This document shows, piece after piece, positions 1 to 13,888 of a DNA stretch of 64,000 nt (its first letter is position 1; the number at the start of each line of letters is the position of its first letter). The position numbers and the translations under genes are program-made. The notes below the pieces were generated by a model that saw only the letters and a list, made by a program, of their open reading frames with translations, searched no databases and was not told the DNA's origin. This stretch comes from Octopus vulgaris (Eukaryota): NCBI GenBank assembly GCA_951406725.2, contig OX597826.1, positions 62,000,001 through 62,064,000 of the forward strand. Reading direction: 5' to 3'.

Positions 1-178
1 ATGTATGTCTATGTTTGTATGTAAGTATGTATGTATGTATGTATCTATCTGTCACTCTCTCACTGTGTCTATATATCTCTGTATACATACATACATGCAT
101 ACATATACGCACACACACACACAGACACACACACATACACACACACACATATATATATATAGCTAGACAGATAGATAA

Positions 179-250
<72 letters not shown>

Positions 251-596
251 TGGGAGGAAACATTTGTGAAAAGAGTTTGAGTGAGAAAAAAAAATGTGTG
301 CTTCTTAAAAAACGACGCTTAAATGTCCTTTCATTATTGGAATGTATTGTTTTATTTAGAAAATGTCACGAGATTTAATGGCAAGTGGTCAAAGACAGAC
401 ACTGTAACATTTTACACATGAATGCACCGCTAACTTGCATACATACATAAATACATAAATATACTCATAATTTCTTGCGTATATACATATGTATACATAA
501 ATAATTACATAATTACATACCTACCTACAAGTATACGTGTGTGTATATATATATACGTATATATATATATATATAATGATAAATCTCAGAGCGAGT

Positions 597-632
<36 letters not shown>

Positions 633-738
633 TATATATCATATATATAAAATTTTCATTTTCATTTTCATTTTCTAAAACTAACATACTTGCTTATTGT
701 TCATAACCTATCTTCGTTTTTTGTTTCTTTCTCTTTCT

Positions 739-829
<91 letters not shown>

Positions 830-940
830 TGTGTGTATGTATGTATGTATATGTATATATATATATATGTGTATATATATGATTCATATAGGTAGCAGTA
901 TGCACTGCTTTACTAAAAAGGAAATCTATATTTGTACTTA

Positions 941-1174
941 ATATGACTAGTGTTTTAGAAACACCTACATTTCTGGTAGAGCCAGTCCTTATTCACGAGG
1001 CAATGGAAATTGCCACGACTCACCGGTCATTATAGCGAACTGTCGATCGGTGTTTCCAGGCAATTGTCATCCCTGTTAGTATGTATTCAATTATTTGTAT
1101 ACAGATGTGTAAAATTATTTGCATGATAGCGTTTATTTCTAGCAATGTAGGTTTTTCTAACGCCCTAGTCTTAT
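941..1174. mobile_element. Small MITE-like element with ~35-bp imperfect terminal inverted repeats
   Basis: Left end atatgactagtgttttagaaacacctacatt and right end aatgtaggtttttctaacgccctagtcttat are imperfect reverse complements. A lone copy of the right end recurs at ~39608-39640. Confidence 0.55.
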
Positions 1175-1197
1175 ATATATATATATATATATATACA

Positions 1198-1409
1198 TAC
1201 ACGGTGACCTGCTGAACAGTTTCTGACTTTGAGGGCTTTGCGAAAGGCCTGGCTCTGGAAGTTCGACCTACTGAGTCATTTTGTAGGGCTTAGAAAAACA
1301 CTAGGAAACTGTAGTAAGTGTGTGAACATGTTGAATAAAATCATTTTTTAACTGAACCTGCTGTATTTTCTTTTACCCATAGCCACGACATTTTCAGTAA
1401 CACTTCGTG

Positions 1410-1411
<2 letters not shown>
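1198..1411. mobile_element. Mariner-derived MITE (degenerate)
   Basis: TA-bounded ends tacacggtgacctgctgaacagtt / ttttcagtaacacttcgtgta. The internal sequence is the reverse complement of the copy at 14859-15060. Confidence 0.55.
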
Positions 1412-1446
<35 letters not shown>

Positions 1447-1504
1447 AAAACTTATTTGGAGAAATAAGAAAGTGACGCGAGGCGTTCAATCATATAATAA
1501 CAAT

Positions 1505-1757
1505 TTAATAAATAAAACATACGCATACATACATACATATATGTATATACCTACATCTATATGTATATATACATGCATATATATATATATATATATGAGT
1601 GCAGGGCACCACAAATAAACGTAGAACACAACGAGAAACGAAAACATAAAAACAAACAAGGAAACGGACTTTTTTTAACAACGAAAAAAACAGAGTACAA
1701 GACAAACAATACAAGGAATATTCCCCTTCATCAGCTGCCCCTGGTTCGACTCAATGC
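1505..1757. repeat. Interspersed repeat, probably a Penelope-like terminus; inverted copy at 26465-26725
   Basis: gaacacaacgagaaacgaaaacataaa...acagagtacaagac...aaggaatattccccttcatcagctgcc matches the reverse complement of 26505-26725. Confidence 0.6.
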
Positions 1758-2092
1758 ATACATATATATACATATATAAATATATATATACATACATAAT
1801 ATATATATGTGTGTGTGTGTGAATGTATATATATATATATCAGTATGTATATATGTATGTATATATCAGTAAATATACATGAAAATGATCGGGGTGTAAG
1901 GCAATTTGTGGGAGTCAGTGCGAAGTTGGATGGACAAGGGAAAATACGTATTGTAGTACGAAAGAGGGAATATCGTCCGTGTCAGAATAAGTTGGTACAT
2001 ATTGAGACGTGTATATATTCATAGACATCCACATATATATTTGTGTGTGTATGTATAAACATATGTATATACATGTAGTTATTTAGTTACAC

Positions 2093-2155
<63 letters not shown>

Positions 2156-2240
2156 GACGCATATAAATATATGTTCAAGAAATAAAAGAGATAAAATCTT
2201 CAATACATATTGTTGGATGGTTTATTAAAGTTGGCTATTT

Positions 2241-2284
2241 ATCTTGCTTTTCTGGTTTCACGCCTCTGCCTTCCTCAGGCGAGC
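2241..2284 (-). ncRNA. Degenerate hammerhead-like motif
   Basis: Minus strand reads ctcgc-CTGAGGA-aggcagaggcgt-GAAA-ccagaaaa-gcaag. The core boxes are intact but stems II/III and the cleavage triplet are decayed. A (TA)n tract lies ~90 nt downstream on that strand. Confidence 0.35.
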
Positions 2285-2609
2285 ACTCTCACAACTTATT
2301 TTGATGGTTAGTTTATAGTTGTTGTTTTAGGTGTGGTTATTTACTCGTGTTCATTCATTACATGCATTTGCCATCTTTTGATTGGCTGATGTATTTGTGC
2401 GTCATCATTTGTTATTTTGTTGTAGTTTTGCGTTTACTTTTTATTGAATTTCTTCACGTGAATGAAGGCGCATTTGAATATCATTTATTCTTGCATTTTA
2501 TTGGGTTGTTGGTTTTTACTGAATTTATCAGTTAATCACATTTTCTCTGAAGTTTTTAGAACTGTTGTTTAGGAGGATTTGATCTATTATGATTCTGCAC
2601 ATGCTAAGA

Positions 2610-3080
2610 CTGCTGATGTTAGTGATGATGATGTGGAGGATAGGAAAAAGATGATGCTGCTGCTGATGATGTTGAGGATGATGATGATGAGAACGATGAC
2701 AGTAATGAGTATGTTCATGACGACGGTGGCAACTTCGTTCATGATAATGATGATGATGGTAATGATAAGGTTGGTGATGATGACGATGATGATGATGACG
2801 GTCTTGGTGGTATTAATATCGCTAGAGATGAGGATGATGAGGATACTGATGATGCAGTGATGGCTTTCATGTTGATAATGATGGTGATCATGATTATGGT
2901 AATCGTCGTGATGATGATGACGATAAAACGGTGATGACGATGATATAACGATGATGACGATGACAGTGGTACTGGTTGTAGTGGTAGTGGTGGTGGTGGT
3001 GGTAGGATGCTGATGATGTAGATGATGGCTTTCTTGATGATGATGATGTTGAAAATGATGATGATGATGTTGATGATGTA
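2610..3080. repeat. Degenerate (GAT)n/(GGT)n trinucleotide low-complexity tract
   Basis: Directly visible. It explains the poly-M, poly-H and poly-I ORFs. Confidence 0.9.
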
Positions 3081-3230
3081 ATAAGCAGCCTATCCGTTCA
3101 GGGAATACATTAAAAAAATATGTATAATTCATCCTTCCATGTTTGAGTCGGGGAAAAATAAAACAGTCCATATTATTATTAGATTTGCTCCTGTGTGCCC
3201 ACTCTTAAACGCGGATACATACTTACACCA

Positions 3231-3279
<49 letters not shown>

Positions 3280-3301
3280 GTATAGCTGTATGTATGCAAG
3301 C

Positions 3302-3343
<42 letters not shown>

Positions 3344-3813
3344 AACGTGAATATGTGTAGATATTTATGTACCTATATGAATTTATTTATTTGCATAAAC
3401 AACCGAATTACATTTGTGGAATCTAATTAATTTGTAAAACAACTTGAAATCTGTAGCAAATTCCAAAGAATGATCAATAAATTCAAGCTTTACAAATCAA
3501 CCCGATGTTTCTAGAACAGAACAACCCAAAATAAAATTAAAACCACATAAAACCTAAACCAAACTGCCGAAAGAAATGAGAAATAATCAATCAGTAACGC
3601 ACTCACACAAACACACACACACACAACACACACACATACACACACACACACACAGATATTTGTATAAACTGAGAAAAAATAAATAAGTATATGAATTGGC
3701 AGATGTATATATATATAGTTATGTATACATGTGTGTGTGCGTGTGTGTGTGTTTGTATACATATGTTTATATGTATGTGTACGTATGTGTATATATATAT
3801 TTCTATTTGTTTG

Positions 3814-3844
<31 letters not shown>

Positions 3845-4194
3845 ATAAGCGTTGCTCTCGTGCGTGCGTATGAAACAACGTAAGTCGGAGCCTCTGCGCC
3901 TGATTGAAATATCTGTTAAATATCGATCACATCACGTGTTACCGTCTTAATAAAATGCTTCGTATTGAATAATTGTTTTTAATTTAGGCAAAATGCCATC
4001 AACTGTGAGGGCAGATATTTATTCGATTCCATAGCCTCCTGTCCATGATCGGTACTATATTTCATCCACTCCGAAAGGCTTAATTGACCTGGGTGGGATT
4101 CGAACTCAGCGTAAAATTGCCGGAAGTATTAACTCACATCATTTTATCAGACCCTTTAAGGATTTCGCTTACTCGTAGCCTTTGACATATATGC

Positions 4195-4457
4195 TGTTTG
4201 TTCCTTCTCAAGCCATGCCTGGCTCATAGGGCTGGTTTCCCCGGTTTCCTTGGCGTATAGGTTCTCCACCTGGACCGGACGCCGGTCCGTCACAGGTGAG
4301 CTGCAAGATGCAGGAGGAAAGAGTGAGAGGAAGTTGAGGCGAAAGAGTCAAAAGAAGTTCGCCATTATCTTCTGCAGGAGCCGCGTAGAGCTTAGGTATT
4401 TCGCTTATAAACGCACACATCGCCCGGTCTGAGATTCGAACCCGCGATCCCTCGACA
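4195..4457 (-). mobile_element. tRNA-derived SINE (octopus OR-like family), 5'-truncated
   Basis: Reverse complement of the 15124-15460 copy. B-box ggttcgaatctc and (aaac)n tail. Confidence 0.8.
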
Positions 4458-5530
4458 GCGTCTATGGAATATATGGACTAATGTGATATTGAATGCAGTG
4501 TAGTAATGAATAAAATTCTTTGATATTAGGTGTGTTGGATCCCGTTCGGTTTGATCCACGGGGACTATGATCACATCTCATGTTACTAATTTGTGTTATA
4601 AATGAGCTAATAATCATCCTAAATTTTATCTTTTGTAGTTGATTCTTTGTAATTAATTTAGTGTTAAAATATTAATTACAGTATTCATTGTATAGCTACA
4701 AAAAATAATTAAGCGGAAGAAACAATATGAATCTAGTAATTATGTTAGTTATTTCATATCGGAAAATACGGAAGGTGACTCCGAACATGTTTTGGCAATG
4801 TTATAAAGTCTTCATCGGCAAGTCTTAGACTTAATCTTACTCGCCGAAGTAGGACAATGTGTTTTTTGAAAAATCGATTGCTGCTACATACTTGTGTTTG
4901 TGTATCTCAGGTTCTGTATGTGCGTGAGAGAGAGAAGTCAATATTTTTCCTGTTGTTATTTTTCTGTATTTTCCGGTCAACCCTGAACTAGCAGCTCTAT
5001 GATCAACTACGTTCCAATCGAGACTGACATAGATTTATTGGATCTCTAACTCTATTCAAAGTTTTCATGAATTTCCACGCTGCTTAGCATCGTCTTAATC
5101 GTATCTAGAAGATACCAAAAAATCGAGGTAGTGCCATGTGGTACGAGACCAGAGTTCCATTGTGGTGAAAATATGAAGACACCTCGACACCCAACGTGAA
5201 ATTCTGTTGTAAATCATGTATGCGTTTGTATGTTAAAAATCTTTAAAATGTCGGGAAATGTTAAGCCAGGGTTGAATTACAGTCCCCGAGGCGCTGAGTC
5301 AAAATCCTGACGTGGTCAACTTGGCATTTGTTCGATTCAATTAACACTAATTATGTACGTTGGAGTATGTAATCAAATGAAGCCTACCTCCAAATTTGTG
5401 GTAATGTTATAAATCCATATTTATGGTACAAATTATCGATGTAAGATGGCGTTAGGGTTAATTACAGATTATCAATGTGGAATTGTGATAGGGTACTGAA
5501 AGACAATGGGAAAAGGTATAAGAGTGATTA

Positions 5531-6089
5531 TCTCTCTTTATATAAAACTGACAATGTGTATCTGTCTGTCTGTCTGTGTGTTTCCCTAAAACTTGAGAAC
5601 TACACAACCAATTTCATTCAAATTTTACACATGGCTTACTTAGGGTCCGGGGAGTGTCATCGGCAAAAATCAAATTAACTTTTTGCCTAGGGAGAGCCCA
5701 GAGCAATATCATATCTTCTCCACTACGATTCCCTAAAACTTGAGAACTACACAACCAATTTCATTCAAATTTTACACATGGCTTACTTAGGGTCCGGGGA
5801 GTGTCATCGGCAAAAACATTAACATTTTGCCTAGGGAGAGCCCACAGCAATATCATATCTTCTCCACTACGATTCCCTAAAACTTGAGAACTGCACAACC
5901 AATTTCATTCAAATTTTACACATGCCTTACTTAAGGTCCGGGGAGTGTCATCGGCAAAAACATTAACATTTTGCCTAGGGAGAGCCCACAGCAATATCAT
6001 ATCTTCTCCACTACGATTCCCTAAAACTTGAGAACTGCACAACCAATTTCATTCAAATTTTACACATGCCTTACTTAGGGTCCATCTAG
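5531..6089 (+). mobile_element. Non-autonomous Helitron-like element carrying 3.5 copies of a 144-147-bp tandem repeat
   Basis: A|TC start (tctctctttatataaaa), a (ctgt)n tract, repeat units starting at 5584, 5731, 5875 and 6019, and a CTAG|T end. A diverged monomer lies at ~46929-47080. Confidence 0.6.
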
Positions 6090-6569
6090 TAAGTAATAAA
6101 TGTGAGATGTAGTTAGGGTATTTACAGTCAATCAATATGAGACTGACTGTGCTGGGGTACTTAGAAGTAGCCAATGCATGAGGGTGCTTGAGTACTGACT
6201 GTTAATCATCCCGAGTTAATGTTAGGGTACTAACACATAACATTAGATGATGTTAAGGGAAATTACACAGAGTCAATATGAGATAAGTTTAGGATACTTA
6301 TGCATAATAAGTGTGAGATCGTGTTAGAATTCTTACAGTTCTTTGTTTTTTTTTTTAATCCTATTAACTTTATATGTCAACTTTAGCATTCAGATTACTT
6401 TTGATTTCCATATCTTCAGAATCGATTTATATAAGTACTTTCACATATGCAGACGCTTTACACATACACACAACAAAAACACAGGCAGTCAGGCGCACGC
6501 GCGCACACACACACACACACACACTTGGTTCAAAGTATATCGATATTCATAATATATATGCATACACAC

Positions 6570-6646
<77 letters not shown>

Positions 6647-6748
6647 TCTGAGTGAATAAATTTATAATCGATTATGTCTTACATCCATGACTACAAGCCT
6701 TTCATTTATGGCTTTTAATACACATACATACATCTATGTATATATGTG

Positions 6749-6789
<41 letters not shown>

Positions 6790-6924
6790 GCACAGCTATA
6801 TATGCATACACACACACATATATATATATATGTACATATGTATGTATATATATACATACACAGATATATATGCACACACGCACAGACACACACACGCACA
6901 CACACACACACACACACACACGTA

Positions 6925-8197
6925 CATTTGAGGTGGTATCACAAAGTTCCCGGACTAGTTCTATTGTGCGCCAACAGATCGCAGTGCATTGTTGCCTGTG
7001 TAGTGAGAGCTGGCAGTAATTTACATGAGGCAGTGTGCCGAGTGACACTGCTGTATTTACTTTGAAACTTGTGAAATTCGTGCTTCTGTGATCATCTGCA
7101 TGCCGCAATCTGCGATTTTGTCATGGACAGGAAGTTGGAGCAATGAGTCTACGTGAAATGTTGCGCTAAACTTTTGATGTCTGCTACAGAGATATTGAGC
7201 TTGCTTCAGCGAGCTTACGGTGGCGAGGCAATAGGTCGTACGCAATTTTTGAGTTGCACCGGCTCTTCAAAAGCGGAAGTACCTGCTTCGAAGACGATGA
7301 AGGATCAGGAAGACCTGCCACCAGTGTCATCCCCGGAAATGTGAAGAAAATTCATCAGTTTGCGCATGACGATTGCTGGAGGACAATCAATGACATTGCT
7401 GATGTTGTTGGTCTGCCGTATGAAGCTGTGCAGGTAATCCTAACGTGTGAATTGGACATGCAGAGTGTCTCTGCCGACCACTGAGCAGAAAGAACATTAC
7501 ATCGAAGTCTGGTATGAACCCCATCAGCGGTACGCTGATGACCCGTCCTTCGTGTCGAGGATCATCACCGGAGATGTGAGTTGGCTCTAAGGGCATGGCC
7601 CTAAGATGAAGAACACATTGGAGGAGCCATTCATCTCCGCGATCAAAGAAGGCAGAACGGAGTCGCAGCTCAAACAAGAGCATGCTCATAGTTTTTTTTC
7701 CCACATTCTTGTTATTGTCCATCGAGAATCTTCCGCGTCGGTCAGACAATTCTACGGCGAAGCTTTGAAATGTTTGAGGGAAGACATTCGGCGAAATCAA
7801 GCGGATTTATGAAGCGCAAAGAACTGGATTCTCGACGACAACAATGCACCCTGTCGCCGAGTTCTCCTCACTCGTGAGTTTCTCGTCATAAGGTACATGG
7901 TATCACTTCCACACCCTACCTATTAGAGAGATTTAGCGCCTAGGGACATTCATCTCTTCCTCAAGATGAAAATGCTGCTTTTAGCACCGTTGTCACAGTT
8001 CAGTGTGAATCACAGAATGTCCTCGATTCGCTTACGGAAGACGACTTCCCGACCGGATTCCAAATTGGGGAGGAACGCTGGTACCGGTGTATTGCTGCGC
8101 AAGGTGACTATTTCGAAAGGGATGATGGTAAAACTTAGGTAAATAAGTTATTTCTTTTATTAAACATAAATCGTGTGGGAAAGTTTTGACACCACCT

Positions 8198-8199
<2 letters not shown>
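6925..8199 (+). mobile_element. Full-length but decayed mariner transposon
   Basis: Imperfect TIRs gaggtggtatcacaaagttccc / gggaaagttttgacaccaccttc. Transposase remnants FKSG..CFEDDEGSGRP, IITGD.SW (~7561), a DNAP-like motif (~7835) and an HP.Y..DLAP-like motif (~7911), with stops and frameshifts. Confidence 0.85.
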
Positions 8200-8279
<80 letters not shown>

Positions 8280-8280
8280 A

Positions 8281-8340
<60 letters not shown>

Positions 8341-8394
8341 GTCTGTCTATCTATTACCCACTCTCCCTCCCTCTCTTTCTCTCTCTCTCTCTTT

Positions 8395-8432
<38 letters not shown>

Positions 8433-8470
8433 CATATATATGTGTATATATGTATATATACATATATATG

Positions 8471-8545
<75 letters not shown>

Positions 8546-8557
8546 CATGTATATGTG

Positions 8558-8614
<57 letters not shown>

Positions 8615-8625
8615 ATACATATATA
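8199..8625. repeat. Compound microsatellite (TATC)n-(TA)n-(TG)n
   Basis: Directly visible. Confidence 0.95.
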
Positions 8626-9182
8626 TGAAAAGTACAGAGACGCAGAGAGGGATATTGGGAGATTGTTAGATAGATGAATAGACAGATGCATATTGGCTAT
8701 TAAAACTATAAAATGTGTATCACTGTATCAGGTAGACAGGCGATTTGACCATTATGACACTTCACCTTTTGACTGACAGTTATTTGAAATTACCAATAAT
8801 CCTAACGACATTAAACAACGTTGAGAAAAAGAGAAAACGAAAAAATGCAGCCAATCGATAAAAGTTAATCGATCCATAAATGCCTAAACTACTACCGTTA
8901 GGACTAACTTTTATATAAAGCTTATATTTTAACATTGGAACAATGCCATGTATTCGAGGTTGAGGGAGATTGGATTACATCGACCGAAGCATATAACGGG
9001 TATATATATATACAATAGTAGTGAATGGTAAACTTGATGAACATTCCATTCTGCTTATAGGATATTCAAGCGTTAGAAACGAAACTAAATCTCGAAAATT
9101 ATTTTGTTTCTCTTTCGTCCACCGTTTCTACACAGATGGCAACCATTTTATTTTTATTTGAAATTTAAGAAATATTGTTACT

Positions 9183-10000
9183 GGTGTGGTTTTGTGGTTC
9201 GAAGTTTGTTTTCCAACCACATAGTACTGTGTTCGGTCCCACTGTTTGGCATCTTTGAGAAGTGTCTTCTACAGAGGGGATTTGTTAGACAGAAACTGAA
9301 AGAACTCCGTCACATGTGAATGTATGTTAGTTAGTTAGTTAATTGTTTGGCTCGAAAAGCAAAAAGCAAGGCCATGTAGGGGGGACATGGAGTTAAGTAC
9401 AGGGTCGTGTTCATGTAAAGAGTTCAGGCCATTTGTGGTCAAGGGAGACTTTGAACCGAGCGGTCGTCGGCATCGTCACCATCTCGTCCGGCAGCTTGTT
9501 CCACGGATCCGCAACCCGGACGGAGAAAGCCCCTCTCCTTCGATTGAGATGAAATCGTCGCAGATAGAGCTTTTCGGAGTGACCCCGCAGCCGACGCTCT
9601 GGAGCAGGAGTGAAGAACAGCTCTTTCGAGAGGTTACACTTTCCGCTTATGATGTTGTAAGCAAGAATGAGATCACCACGGCGTCGTCGTTTTTCTAGAG
9701 AATAAAGGTCGAGCGTCTTCAGTCTTTCTTCATAAGACAAATGTATGTATGTATGTATACATATATGTATGTATGTATGTATTTATATGTATGTATCTGT
9801 GTGTCCATGTGTGTGTGTGATCATGTCTGTGTTTGTCATCCTCCGTCGCTTTGATAACCCATGCTGGAGTGTTTACGTCCTCGTAACTTAGCGTTTCGAC
9901 CAAAAACATCGATGGACTAAATACCTGATAGACTAAATTAAATACCGGAGATTGATTCGTTTCAATTGACAGTCTTTCGAGCAGTGCACCAGCATGGCCA
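9183..10000 (+). mobile_element. Old SINE (same family as 28101-28498) split by a CR1 insertion
   Basis: The 5' half (9183-9320) and the 3' half (9820-10000, ...gtgtttacgtcctcgtaacttagcg...ccagcatggcc) both match the family. Confidence 0.7.
9326..9740 (-). mobile_element. 5'-truncated CR1-type LINE (ORF2 C-terminus plus 3' UTR and (taac)n tail)
   Basis: ORF 9411-9740 reads YEERLKTLDLYSLEKRRRRGDLI...RGHSEKL...FSVRVADPWNKLP, the CR1 ORF2 C-terminal signature. Flanked by the 9-bp duplication aatgtatgt (9319-9327 / 9740-9748). Confidence 0.9.
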
Positions 10001-12481
10001 AAGTTTAATGATGGAATAAGTAAGAAATATATTTAAATAAAGATATTAATTTGATGATGATGATGATAATGATGATGATGATGAAGATTATGATGTTGGT
10101 GGTGGTGGTGGTGGTGATGGTGATGATGATAATGATGATGATGAAAATATCAACGTCACTACAGCGTTGTCTATTTCCATACTCAATTTTCGTGTGAAAT
10201 GTAAGAAATGCTATTACATCACCCCCCATCATCATCATCATCATCATTATCATCATCACCACCTTCATCATCATCGTCGTCATCGTCACCGTCACGACAT
10301 CGTCGTCTGCTTCTACACACTCACATGACCAGTTTTTATTTTTATATGAAATGTAAGAAATATTATTACATTATCGGGTGGAAAGGTCAGTATTGATTTA
10401 CAAGCGTGCTTTCTTGGTGTTTGACTGGTGCTCTTTCTAAAAATGGGGATTTACGTGTGCTAAACGAATAAAAGAAATAGAAATAAAATTAAAAAGAAAA
10501 GAGAAACGGATAAGAAAAAGATAAAGCTAAATAAAGTGAGGAAGAACGCAGAGGAAATATTTGTGGCACAGGTGAATTAATGGATCGTGTCTCGTTATGA
10601 TGGGAAGGAAATGCATTCTTAATTACAGTTTTGGCAAACTTTGGAATAAAAGCAAGAGACGAGATCAAAGAAATGCGATTTAAAAGAAACCCGTAGGGAG
10701 ATGGCAACCATCCGAAGAGAATTAATGTAATGTAATGTTGGTTACCATTATTCAAATTTATCAGAACATTTCCGAAAGTAATTCGAACATTTTTCAAGGA
10801 AAATGTTCTGCAACTAATTTACATCTATCTTGTCATGTGCCATTTTATATGGTTAATGGCCCAATAGGAATGGGGTAGAGTTCGGGTTAGTATTCTGCAG
10901 AAGTATATTCTCCGATATCAAATTTTCTTTTCAGGGTCGACTTTGTGTTGATTATATTATATTTTATATTGCAATTGGTAGAAAATAACATCTTTGGTTC
11001 CATGTCTTTCAACAGATCAGTTCATTACATTTCTATTCTATTAGCAGTGTGAATGACAAGGGATTTTTTTCTAATTGCTATGGAACCAAATAGTGTAAAA
11101 TGACTAGACATTTCTAGTTATGGACTATATGGGTACTAGATATTTCTAGCAGTTTAATTTGTTAGTGATGGATGTTTCTAGGAAAATTCCTCGACTTCTT
11201 AGGCTTGGATTACCGATTGAGTATCTGATTCGTCCATTCGGGTAGAGCCAAAGTATTCAGGGCAAAATTGCACTTGAAAGAAGATCTTGTACAATCAGTG
11301 AGATGTATATAGTTTCTTCCGTCAGCTATTTTTCTTTATATGGTCCAGTGTAAACCTAAATTAATCGAAGATACGTCGAAAAGCGTTTTAGATGTGACCA
11401 TTCAATAACATTCCATGAATCATAGCAGGACAATATTATGAGGCGTTTCATTATTGTTTTCGAAAATGTTATTTGATGGAAAGTTTACTACCCTATCTAT
11501 CAAATTTAGCGTTTGCTTTACAACTTTACTGTGTTTTTTCTGTCTTCGATACTGCTAAATAAGTATAGATACACACAAACTAAACTTGTTAGATATTGTT
11601 CGTATCTGACTTAATTTGTCATGGTTTATAAGTTCAACTGTGATCAGTGGTATAACAATCTTTTCGGATGTCCAGAAGGTTCGTACCACAACATAATTTA
11701 AACAGATGATGAACCACCAGCAAAACCTGCACTATGGCGGAACCTGATATATGCCTGATACCGTGGAAATTCAAAAGATCATTAAAAAGAAAGAAATCAA
11801 AAGAAATGTTGACAATAGACATATTTACTACTGCTGTCGATCTTCAGCGCAAAACTAGGGAGGAAATGCATACGAAGGCCTTTTGCGTAACAGAGATTAA
11901 TAGATACTTTAGTGCTGATTGTACGAATAAGGTGTAATGTTGAATTCCGTACCCATACCTTATAGTCTAGGCCGGTGACACTGAAGTTCAAATTCCACCG
12001 AGGCTGTCTTTGCCTTTCATCAATTCGGGGTCGATGAAATAAGTATTTGTTAAGCACTGGGATCAGTATAATCGACTTACTCTCAACCTCATAATTTCTG
12101 GCTTTGTGCGAAAATTTGAAACCGATATTCATTCAGACTCCTGTTATTGTGAGTTCATAAGTCTTCTTGCTCTCCTTTCTTTCCAAACGAGATAAAATAA
12201 GGTATCGGCCAAATAAAAGAGCTGATTTCTTTCATTCTTTCTTTTTTCTTTCTTTCTTTCTTTCTTTGTCACACACATTCTCTCTCTCCCCTAATCTATC
12301 ACATCGCCTCCAATGCGCGAGAAGCATATCTGGGGCACTGAATGATTCTTTTTCTTCCATACCGTCCATTGTATCGCAATGAAAATATATGGTAATCGAC
12401 ATTTTGACACTTTTCATGTGTGTGTACGTATTATTTACGTACACACACATGAATGCACACGCACACACATACACACATATG

Positions 12482-12524
<43 letters not shown>

Positions 12525-12559
12525 TATTTATGTGCATATGCTACTTATTTCAATTTCAA

Positions 12560-12850
12560 CATTCTTGCATTTTCTCTTTCCTTGTTTTCCAAGTAATATT
12601 TTGATCACAGTACTGATATTTCCATTCCGGTTTTTCATATTCGATCGATTTGATTTGCTCTCTTTGTCGCAGTGTACACGTGTTTCCCAGATGATTGTGT
12701 CCCAGTCGTTGTTATATACTGCGTCTGAAATATCTTTATAACTTTTATCAATTTTAATGTCAAACGGTATAATCGCTGCAAGAAGCGACTCAAATCTGTC
12801 TGTCATTTTACTCCGACTTGCTAAGCACTGGGCAAGGAAAAAACAAAATT
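12560..12850 (-). mobile_element. Highly decayed R4/Dong-like (RLE) non-LTR retrotransposon fragment
   Basis: Minus strand gives CPVLSKSE* and AVYNNDWDTIIWETRVHCDKESKSNRS, which parallel CPVLVKSEY and AIVWDMLIQTVKGIKANRPD of the 16250-17040 element. It may extend to ~13950. Confidence 0.55.
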
Positions 12851-13707
12851 TTCTTGCTTTTCATATTATTATTAATTTCTATCATTATGATATTTTTGTA
12901 GCGGTTTATTTTTTGACATAGGTTTAATGCAAAAAGAGTTTTATGCATTTTATCCAAAGTTTTGAGCTATTTTCACTTTCTATTTGTTTCCTTTGAAATG
13001 TGTTGTAGAGTATTAACTATATAGTGTTTTCTCTGCATTTTTTTTTCAATATATTCGCGAATTTCATCTTTATTTTGTCTTTATTAACGTCTCTGTTAAG
13101 TAATATTTTCCTTGGGTGCTCTTACTTCTAGTTTTCAATTTCCTCCGTTCTTATAAATAGAGAAAATTATTCCATTTTATTCCTCTATTATACTTAAGAC
13201 AATAACCAATTTTCCTTTACGGGCATCTCAGTATTTGTCCGGTCCCACAGTAGCTATTTAGCTATAACTTTCTATTTGCATCACTCATCATCTACTTTGC
13301 TACTCTGTGCTGGGTTGTGTACACTCTATCTATATTAGCTTTGGGATGGCAGTTTCAGCGATGTGTTAGTAGTTTCCTGTCTAGTCACCTCATTTGACGT
13401 AATTTCAATTTTATGACTCGGCTATTCCGTTGGAGGTCTGTTACATTTTGGTTTTGTAATTAGTGTTCTTTAATCGTGCAGCCGACTTTCTACTGCTCTG
13501 CACACTATTTCGTTGACTCTTACTGCCATATACCCATAGATTTAGACATCGTTAGCTGTGTGGTCTGTGGTATATCTTTGATGTGGCTGTTTATTTCTTT
13601 GTATGTATGCGATATTCTGCGTTTCTATTTTATTTTCGATCTAATTCTTTTGTCTTTGTGTCTATTTCTAACTTGCTATAAGGTCTTGAGTTTTTTCTTG
13701 CGTAGTC

Positions 13708-13888
13708 GATATTGTGGTATTTTAACTGAGTTTAGGAATCCCATTAATATTATGTGTGACTTCCTCTATTGAGTTTTTTCTTTCTTTGATAAGTCAGGCC
13801 TTTTGATATTGTGGTATTTTAACTGAGTTTAGGAATACCATTAATATTATGTGTGACTTCCTCTATTGGGTTTTTTCTTTCTTTGATA
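13708..13888. repeat. Direct duplication of ~84 bp (period 97)
   Basis: gatattgtggtattttaactgagtttaggaat...ctttgata at 13708 and 13805, with 2 mismatches. Confidence 0.9.

Noticed and set aside
5584-6085. CRISPR-like regular repeat
   Set aside because: The units are contiguous with no unique spacers, and the context is eukaryotic.
10489-11940. Non-repetitive stretch with 60-100-aa ORFs as host exons
   Set aside because: No recognisable homology or consistent splice signals. It could be regulatory DNA or an old TE, but this cannot be supported.
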